Of a stretch of DNA of 64,000 bases, positions 49,468 through 64,000 are shown piece after piece. The stretch lies in the NCBI RefSeq assembly GCF_009914755.1, contig NC_060925.1. One strand, 5' to 3'. How positions within the stretch are numbered: position 1 is the first letter of the stretch; every line of letters starts with the position of its first letter. A program made the translations under genes and the position numbers. Origin of the DNA: the human T2T-CHM13v2.0 reference genome, Homo sapiens. Below the pieces are notes generated by a model. That model searched no databases, was not told where the DNA came from, and saw only the letters and a program-made list of their open reading frames with translations.

Positions 49468-51282
49468 TAGGGCTGGGATTACCAGTATGAGCCATGGTGC
49501 CTGGCCTAATTTTCATTACTTAATCCACTGTCTTGTTGATGTGTGTCAAGGTTTTCAGTATTTATTAGATCAATGCTTCATTTTAAAATTTTCATTTTAA
49601 AATTTCATTTTAAAATGATGGTATATCCATATAATACTAGGAAACCAGGAAAATAAAGCAGTCCTTTATATAATTGGAAAGGACCACAAAATAAAATTTT
49701 TGTGGAAAAAAGAAAAGTAACTCAAAGGACTTTTATATTACTAGTATCTATGTGACAAGCAAAAAAGGAACAGAATAATTTTTAAAACATGCTTTGCATC
49801 TGCCTACCTCTCTGGAAAACTATCAGTTACTGTCAGATGGTTTCCCCGGGTGTTGGGGCCAGGCACCCAGGACACGGCTGGGAAGGAGTGATTTTCTTTC
49901 TTTCTCTTTTTTTTGAGATCGGTTTTTGCTCTGTCGCCCAGGCTGAAGTTCAGTGGTGCAATCTTGGCTCACGGCAACCGCTGCTTCCCAGGTTCAAATG
50001 ATTTTTGGGCCTCAGCCCCCTAAGTAGCTGGGACTCTAGGCATTCACTACCATGACCAGCTACTTTTTTTTTGGTATTTTTAGTAGAGATGGAGTTTCAC
50101 CATGTTGCCAGGCCGGTCTTGAGCTCCTGAGCTCAAGTGATTCAACCACCTTGGCCTCCCAAAGTGGTAGGATTATGGGTGTGAGCCACCAAGCCCAGCC
50201 TTGACTAGTCTTTTTTTTTTTTTTTTTTTAAAAAAAAGCAAAAATATAGAGGGCAGAGGGCACTTAAAGGAATCATGTTGGTGAAAAGTAAAAGATGTTA
50301 ATATAAAAAAAAAACACCTATGGAATAATTATGCGTCAATTGTACATATGTATCCCAGTGATCACAGCTGACGTGACCCATGCAGGACACCCCACCTTCA
50401 ATGCCTCCAGATGTGCTGCATGGGGAGTGCACAGCCCAGTGTGGTTCTCCTGCAAAATGCGTGGCCTGAGTGCCACTGTGAGTCTAACCCCACCTGAGGG
50501 AAGGAAGCTGTATCACCTATCACGATATTCCACTCTTCAAAACTAGCCACAGCATGACAAACATTGAGAACCCAAGGAGGAAGTGTTAAGAGATGGGACA
50601 ACTAAATAAGAAGCAACGATGCTGGATCATTATTGTTTTAATGTGAAATTTCCTCAATGTGATAACTGTATTGTGGTTAAGAGATTGTCCTTGTGTTTAG
50701 GAAATACGCTCCTTTGGCATGAATAAGGGGGCACAAACGTCTGCATCTAACTGAAGATTTGGGGAAAAATAGAATGAGGGGGTGGGAGTGGGTAAGGAAG
50801 AGAGAGGGAGAACGGGGAAAGTGAAGGAAAGGGTATTTGGAAGTCTCTGTACTGTTCTTGCCATCTTCCCTAACTTTAAAATTAATTCCAAAGAAAAAGT
50901 TTAAAATAAAAAGAAAGAGAATACCTCAAAAATTCTAAATTTGAGTCAGGGTTTTGGAACAAGGACTCTTGCCTGTACATATGAATCACAGGCATCTTAG
51001 TAAAAACTCTGACTCAGTAGGTCGGGGTGGAGCCTCAGAGGCTGTATCTGAATGAGCCCCTAAGTGGATCTGCTGCTCGGAAGAGGTCAGTGTGGAAAAG
51101 CCTGTCTTCCCAGGCTGTTCCACAGAATCCAAAACAGGCCTCGGGAAGCCACTGGATTTCATTACAAGGACCTGTGGGAGACAACTTGATGTTGGTTTCT
51201 TAAATGGGGAAAAAAATGGTAATTGCCCCAGTGACAAAAAATACAAAAGAATTCATCACTCTGACACGACTTCCTGGGAGAG

Positions 51283-51316
<34 letters not shown>

Positions 51317-52223
51317 ACGACTTCCTGGGAGGGGTGTGTGTGTGTGTGTGTGAGCGCGCGCAGTGGGGGTCCCGAGGGAAAAACTGAGAGTATATATTAA
51401 CAACAGATTTGGATGCTTTTTCCTTTGAGCCTTGGTTAGGTGTTTGAGGATCTACTTGCTATACTTTGAATGTGGCCCTCAAATTTCAGGTGCTGGAAAC
51501 TTGATCCCCCATGTGGCAGTATTGAAAGGTGTGGCCTTTACGAGGTGATGAATAGGTTGTCATGGGAGTGGAACTGGTGGCTTTGTAAGCAGAGGAAGAG
51601 AGACCGGAGCAAGCGCGTCAGGACACTCAGCCCCTCGCCATGTGACGCCCTGCACCCACCTCGGGACACCACAGAGCCCCCACCAGCACGAACGCTCTCA
51701 CCAGATGGAGCCCCTCAACCCGAATCTTCTCAGCCTCCATAAATATGAGAAGTCAATTATTTTTTTTATAAATTACAGTTTCAGGTATTCTGTTACAAGT
51801 GACAGAAAACTGACTAGACAGTCAAGGCATCACAGAAGCAAACCCAAGTCCAAGGGCCAGGTGGGTGGACAGACAGTGCTCCAGTCACCTCCAGAATCTG
51901 ACACGGCCACTTAGCAGGATCCCCAGGGAGCTTTTAGAACCATATGGACCAATGCTTACATGCTGGGGAGGAGCATAAAAACAGGACATTGATCTACAGC
52001 GGGATCCTTTTATTTGTGATCGATTTATTTGTGAGGCACACAAATAAATTGGCAGAGAAAAGTCCAGAAGGAAGTTCACTAGACCATGCAGAATCTTCTC
52101 ACATGACTGGGGATGAGTGGTATCTTTTCACTTCCTACATTTTGTTAATTTTTCACGAGAAGGGATGGGCAAGATAGATAAACATGTCTATTTAAGATTA
52201 AATCTTCAGAGGAGATTTTTCTA

Positions 52224-56660
<4,437 letters not shown>

Positions 56661-57111
56661 AATTAAAAAACACTTATAAACAACATCTTCATGATGGTGA
56701 CTTTTAGTGCACTGGGAAGAAACTATCACTGAGAAGAAACTATCAGAGTAATACAACAGTACTGACTTATCAAAATCTCTGTACTGTGCTCGCTATGGCA
56801 TTTACTAGGGACTGCAGGAATTGAAAGATGAAGACCAAACCTCATTAGGTACTGGATTAACAGCATCCCCTTATGTGTTATACTGGTTAAATGTCCAAAT
56901 TTTAATAAGAAATACTGGTTTTACCTCCTTCGTGTTTGGAAATGGTCACAGTACACAGCAGATGCTGACATGTATGTGTTGAGCATCAGGGTAAACAGGC
57001 GTGTGCCACATTTCTGGTGGGGCAAAAGCAAGTTATGGAGATGCCCCCTAACTGGGTAACCTGGCTAACTCCTTCCCATCCCTAGCCCTCCCTTCTCCAA
57101 GTTTAAAGTCA

Positions 57112-57420
<309 letters not shown>

Positions 57421-57813
57421 TCATGTCAAATGAACTGTGCAGAAAGCAAACTGCTCAGCTTCCGACATTCTGCTGAGACATGGTAATAAGAGTGTCTACT
57501 GTTTTTCACAGTTTTCTGTTGGGTAAGGAGCAACTAAACAAAAGCAGGAGCCACACATCCTGTTCCCATGGGAGGGGATGATGCTGTCATAACTAAATCT
57601 TGTGCCAGCCAGTGGAAAGTGTTAGGAGGGAAAGTGAAGGAGATATGGCCAGAAAACATGGCCAAAGACAGCAACTGGGCTAGAGAGAGGCGAGTAAGAT
57701 CACCTGCTGGACCAGCCCCCAGCCCTGACTCTGACTCCTCAGAGCGCCCGAGTAAGCAAGTCTTACACAAAAACACGAACGAGAACATTCGAGGAAATTC
57801 TGGAATGACTCAC

Positions 57814-57921
57814 CACGTAGATCTGTGACAGGACTGAAATTATCTGTGCTTTCTTCCCTCCACTTCCTAACATTTCTAAAATATAACCATTGCTGCGATG
57901 ATTATTAAATTGAAAAATTCT
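57814..57921 (-). CDS. ZNF496: Putative ZNF496 in-frame cassette exon (RIFQFNNHRSNGYILEMLGSGGKKAQIISVLSQIYV)
   Basis: 108 nt, acceptor ctcttttattttacag, donor GTG|gtgagt, phase 0/0, no stop in the ZNF496 frame. Confidence 0.65.
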
Positions 57922-58269
57922 CTGTAAAATAAAAGAGCAGAGAGATCTCCTTTTTCACAAGAGGGGAACTTAGACATGCTGAGAGGCCCATCAATGGGGA
58001 CTCATGGGCCTTTGTTTCCTGCTATCATCTGCACAAAGCTTCCTGAAGGTGGCCTGATGACAGTAGACCCAGTGGGCGGCTGGGACCACAGGGAAGGAGG
58101 AGAAATGGGGCGTCTCTTAAGCTCACGCTCTGCCTATTTTAGCTTTTCTGGGCTGGGACTGAACATCCTGTGTGGCAGTCAGAAAGCTGGCTGGGGTCCT
58201 AAGAAAGCTGCCCTGTAGCCTACAGAGGCAAACACGGGATTTTCAAGGACTCCTGTAGAAACCACTCAC

Positions 58270-58346
58270 CGGGGGTAGCTGGAGGGTGGTCACCTGCTGT
58301 GTGTCCCGCACATTCTCTTCCTGAAGAAGGAAAGCATCTTGCAGAA
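58270..58346 (-). CDS. ZNF496: ZNF496 coding exon (VLQDAFLLQEENVRDTQQVTTLQLPP)
   Basis: 77 nt, ctctttcag|...CCG|gtgagt. Phase 1 in and phase 0 out, so it joins the neighbouring exons in frame. Confidence 0.95.
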
Positions 58347-58750
58347 CTGAAAGAGATCAGAAAATGGTGTCCTAAAGTGGGCCAGGGCCAGGCCTGGTGC
58401 TGATACCTTCTGAGCTTCCTGCGGCTCTTCATTTCCATTTTGGTAGCAAAGAAAATCACAAGAGAGGCACCAACAGGGAACTGTTTCATGGTGCTTTTCA
58501 TAAAACCCCAGTCTCTGTTCTTAACTGTAAAATGAGGATTACAAAATGACGCACATGAAAAGTACTCTGTAAACCACAAAGATTGCTGCGACTTTGTTTC
58601 CAGATATAACAAGGGGGGCTGTAACAGAGTGTGCCTGGGTTCATGATAGCACGGTCAATTAAATGAACTCTTTCACCTCGGGTAGGTCCCCGGACCTCAG
58701 CATTGTTATCCAAACTATGGGAAAATAAAGGTTAAAACTCTATGGAGTTC

Positions 58751-59885
58751 AGCCGTGTGTGGTGGTACATGCCTGTAATCTCAGCTATTCTTATTTTGGG
58801 GACTGAGGTGGGAGAATCACTTGAGCCCAGGAGTTCCAGACCAGCAGGGACAACACAGAGTATTTGTTTCTTAAAAAGAAAAAGAAAAAAAAAAAGAAGA
58901 AGAAAAAGAAAAAGCCGTAGAGTTGAGGAATCTATAAGGACTCTTAGGGTCTGGATGTGGTGGCTCATGCCTGTAATCCTAGCTCTTTGGGAAGCCAAAG
59001 TGGGAGGATTGCTTAAGCTCAGGAGTTCAAGACCAGTCTGGGCAACATAGGGAGACCGCATCTCTATTAAAAATAAAAAAACTGGGAAGCTGAAACAGAA
59101 GGATTGCTTGAGCCTGAGAGATGGAGGCTGCAGTGAGCCACAGCTGCACCACTGCACTCCAGCCTGGGTGACAGAACATGGCTCTGTCTCAAATGAAAAA
59201 AAAAAAAAAAAAAGTAAGGGCTGTTGGCAATCAGAATTACTGTGGAACTCCATAAAAAAAGAAGGAAAATCCTGTCATTTTTGACGACATGAATGAACCT
59301 GAAAGACATGCTACGAGCAATAAGCCAGACACAAAAAGAAATACTGCATGTTCTCACTTAAATGTGGACTCTAAAAAAGTTGAACTCATAGAAGCAGAGA
59401 TCAGAATGCTGGTTACCAGAGGCTAGGGAATGAGGGGACTGGGGAGACATTGGTCAAAGTGTACAAAATTTCAGTGACATGAGAGGAGTAAACTCAGGAG
59501 TCCTATTGCACAACATGGTGACTATAGGCAGTAACAACGTACTGTGTACTTGAAAATTGCTAAGAGGGTAGATCTGAAGTATTTTCACCACACACAGAAA
59601 AAGGATAGGTATATGAGGTAATGCATTATATTAATTAGCTTGACTTTTTTTTTTTTTTAAGAGACTGGTCTCACTAGGTTGCCTAGGCTGGAACAGAACT
59701 CCTGAGCTCAAGGGATCCTCCCACCTCAGCCTCCTGAGTAGCTGGGACTACAGGTGTGCCACCATGCCCAGCTAAGTAGCTTGGTTTAATCATTTCACAA
59801 TGTGTATAGATATCAAAACATTACACTGTACACTGTAAATACATACAATTTTTTTTTGTCAATTTGAAGACAGAAATTAAACAAA
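58751..59885. mobile_element. Alu fragments and an L1MA-type 3' end (~59250-59885)
   Basis: Alu consensus; L1 3'UTR motifs (gaagcagagatcagaatgctggttaccagaggc). Confidence 0.75.
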
Positions 59886-61128
59886 AAAGAAAAACTGTTA
59901 CCACTGTAGGTACTCCTGAAAGAGCATTTGACACAGTGTCCTAAAGACCCTCATACAAAATGTAAAGTGTGGCTTTGGGACCATCTCACCAGCCTTATTT
60001 TGGGCTACCAGGGACTCTGCCACTCTTCTCTCCTGGAATTGGAAACTACCCTTTGTTCAGGCTTCTGCCATGAGCCACATCCCCTGCCAACAGTGCAGCC
60101 ATGTAAAAATGAGCTCTGTTTCAAAAGGTACTCCTTTCTCAGATTAAGACTTGGAGAGCTGTGCTATAGTCTACTGGTTAACCCCAGGTCACATGTTAAG
60201 TCATTATCAAAGCAAACCCCAGAGGCCAGTGTCCCTGGCCTTTCAGACCTGGAATACAAAGCCTGCAGGAAACAGCAGCTGCAGGAGTGGCTATGTGGAA
60301 CAAAGGACGGGGCCAGGAGCCCACACAGATGGCAGTGCCATTCTAGGGGTCTCAGTGGAAGGCAGCCTCTTCACTGTGTCTGAAGGGGAAGCTCAGGCTG
60401 GATGGGCGTAGATTTGAGGAGGTGGTATTTTTCTGTGTGTATGTTCCATTTTAAGTTTCTATCTTCATCTTTATTTAACTTACTTTTACCTCCCAGTTTT
60501 ATTAAGCTATAATTGACAAAAATTGTATGTATTTTGTATACGAAAACTGTACAATGTGATAACTATACATTGTGAAATGATTAAATTAAGCTAATTAACA
60601 AATCTATACCTCATATATTTTTGTGACGAGAACATTTCTTATTTACTTTCTTAGCAATTTTCAAGTATAAGATGCATTATTTTTCATCAACCTCACCATG
60701 CTGTACCATAGATCTCCAGAATTTATTCATCTTACCTAACGGAAACTTTGTACTCTTTGACCGATGTCTCCCAGAGGGGGTGTTTTATTTTTTAGAGGTG
60801 GGTTCTCGCTATGTTGCCCAGGCTGGTCTCAAACTCCTGGCCTCAAGCAATCCTCCTGCTTCAGCCCCCTGAGTAGCTGGAACTATAGGCATGAGCCACC
60901 ATGCCTGGCTAGGAGGTGGTGTTTTAGTTCTGCTTCCTCACACCTGCCACCTTCTGGGATATGTAGCTATCCCAGATATTCATATATATATGAATGGAGA
61001 TGCCCCCTAACTGGGTAACCTGGCTAACTCCTTCCCATCCCTAGCCCTCCCTTCTCCAAGTTTAAAATCATGTTGGCCGGGCACAGTGGCTCACGCCTGT
61101 AATCCCAACACTTTGGGAGGCTGAGACA

Positions 61129-61285
61129 TATGTATATATATATATACACACGCATATATATATATACACACACACATATATATACACACACACACACATA
61201 TATACACACACATATATATACACACACATATATATACATACATATATATATATACACACATATAAATATATATATATGAATATGT
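61129..61285. repeat. (TA)n/(CA)n compound microsatellite
   Basis: Read directly. Confidence 0.95.
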
Positions 61286-61751
61286 AGTCCCACCCTACTT
61301 TTGGCCCCGATAAATGAATACATGGACCCTTTCAAGAATCACTTCGGAGAGTTGCAGACCCTACACAAAATCTAGCTTTTGGTGAAGATCTTCAAGATGA
61401 GGAACTATACAGCTCTGATAGGTAGTGCATTCCAATGATGAACTGTCCCAATAGTTAAGGTTTTCCTGATTGCTAACTCTCATCATACCTACTTTGCCTA
61501 TTGATTATTGCTCATGGAAATGGGAGAGCTGGCCCTGTTTTCCTAAAGCCCATCTGTGGTTGCTGGCTTATCTCAGAACTTTATCAAGAAGCAACTGCAC
61601 AGGCTACTGTAGTTCCTGAAACTTCTTCCTCTCCACCTGCATGCCTTCCCAGACCCCACTACAAGGCCTCTCACAGCCCCCCACTTCCTGCATAACCCAA
61701 GCTACTTGCACGTGCATTATGTGGGCGACTGGCTGCTTCCCTTATACCTGT

Positions 61752-62685
<934 letters not shown>

Positions 62686-62830
62686 AAACTTGATTTATAA
62701 GCAAGAAAAGGCTGAAGAGTTTATGTGATTTGTACAGAAGTCAATATAGTTTTTCCACACACAGAAATTTAATAGGCATTTTGGTTTTATTACTGAAAAG
62801 CTTATCATAATGCCAAACACAACTTCTGCA

Positions 62831-62989
62831 AGTCATAAGAAAGTCTCCCCTGGCCCCCCAGACACTCTCTTTCCATTGTACCTATAGAGCACTATGGCAA
62901 GTCCACCCAGAGTCATAAGAAAGCCCCCCTGGCCCCCCAGACACTCTCTTTCCACTGTACATATAAAGCACCGTGGCAAGTCCACCCAG
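62831..62989. repeat. ~80-bp tandem duplication
   Basis: agtcataagaaag...gtccacccag occurs twice in tandem. Confidence 0.92.
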
Positions 62990-63796
62990 AGGAACCCACG
63001 GGCCAGACTTCCTTCAACCCAAGGGCGCTGGTTTCCCATGATATGTACTTAAAGTTTTGGGCACCTCAGGCCTTGTGTTCAACCTTTTATAGGTTGTATC
63101 TCATTTAATTGTCCAAAAACCCCAAAAAAGGTAATTACTATCTCTGCTGGACAGAGGAAGAAACTGAGGCTTTCAGAGTTTAGAAACATGCCTCAGGTCA
63201 TAACCAGAAGATTCAAATCTAAGTTTATCTGATGAAAAAACTACTTTCCTGTAGCTACCATGTACTTCATATACATACTCAAACTATGTGTAGCTGATGT
63301 TCTGGCCCCACACACTAGACACCACCCTGTGTCCTCCTAAGTATTTCTACATCTCTTCGCAGCATCACAATACTCCTGTAAACAGGAGTTGTTTAGCCAA
63401 GGAAACAGAGGTTCCAAGAGACAAGAAATGGCCATGCTCCAGTCATGCAGCAGGCCCCAGCTGTACACTGGCAGTCCCCAGCTGTCATCAAACTGACAAA
63501 TCCTGCAGAGATGCACCCTCGAAGAGATGAGAGGGCACCACCTCAGTGACACCCACCTACAGAAGCGTTAGCTCTGAGAGGCTCTAGAACCATGAAGAGG
63601 ACAAACATCCTGATGAGGTTCTCATTTAATTGCTCTAGGAAGGGACTCAGACCCTGACAACAGCTCACAGCACCTCGGGGACACGAGAACACTGCTGATG
63701 TAAAAGCCATCAGCTTAACAAAAACCACACCCAGTGCACAGTATGGGGTGTGCACTTCCCCAGATCACCCCTGCTACACTCCCCTGGGCTGCATAC

Positions 63797-63980
63797 CTGG
63801 GTCCCCGCTGAGCTGGCTTGGTGGTCTGCTTGGGAGCCCCAGGCACTGTGCCAGGGTTATGGGCTGGGCATCCTGGTTCTTTGCAAGGTCGCTGTGGGGC
63901 TCTACCGGCAGCTGCTCCTGCTCCTGGTCCAGAGGGCTGTCCCCATCATCAATCACCACAGGGTCTTCACAGTGCTTGAG
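63797..63980 (-). CDS. ZNF496: ZNF496 coding exon following the SCAN domain (LKHCEDP...SQLSGDP)
   Basis: 184 nt. On the minus strand the acceptor is ttgcag and the donor CCAG|gtatgc. Translation matches the recalled ZNF496 protein; ends in phase 1. Confidence 0.95.
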
Positions 63981-64000
63981 CTGCAATCCCAGAGACAGCT

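Noticed and set aside
57568-57828. 86-aa plus-strand ATG ORF antisense to ZNF496
   Set aside because: No recognisable domain or supporting signals; length is within chance expectation.

Overview
Human (primate) genomic DNA, not prokaryotic. The right half holds the 3' part of ZNF496 (NIZP1, a SCAN-KRAB-C2H2 gene, 1q44 from recall) on the minus strand. I reconstructed six coding exons with GT-AG boundaries and consistent phases, plus a frame-preserving 108-nt cassette exon and a ~3 kb 3' UTR with several AATAAA signals. The left half is repeat-dense. It has a fragmented old L1 with nested Alu, LTR and MaLR insertions, a degenerate (GGAAT/GAATA)n array, and an Alu cluster containing a tiny AluYb8-like insertion. 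It also has a two-LTR, internally deleted tRNA-Phe-primed provirus (MER48/HERVH48-like) whose 3' LTR carries a CpG-rich 20-bp repeat expansion, and a retroposed Y1 RNA pseudogene. Most ORFs in the track are repeat-derived noise. I find no support for a wholly new biological system. The best leads are the asymmetric, promoter-like 3' LTR, the probably human-specific Alu fragment, and a series of local templated-duplication scars. Repeat subfamily names come from recalled consensus sequences and need Dfam/RepeatMasker confirmation; repeat boundaries without TSDs are approximate.
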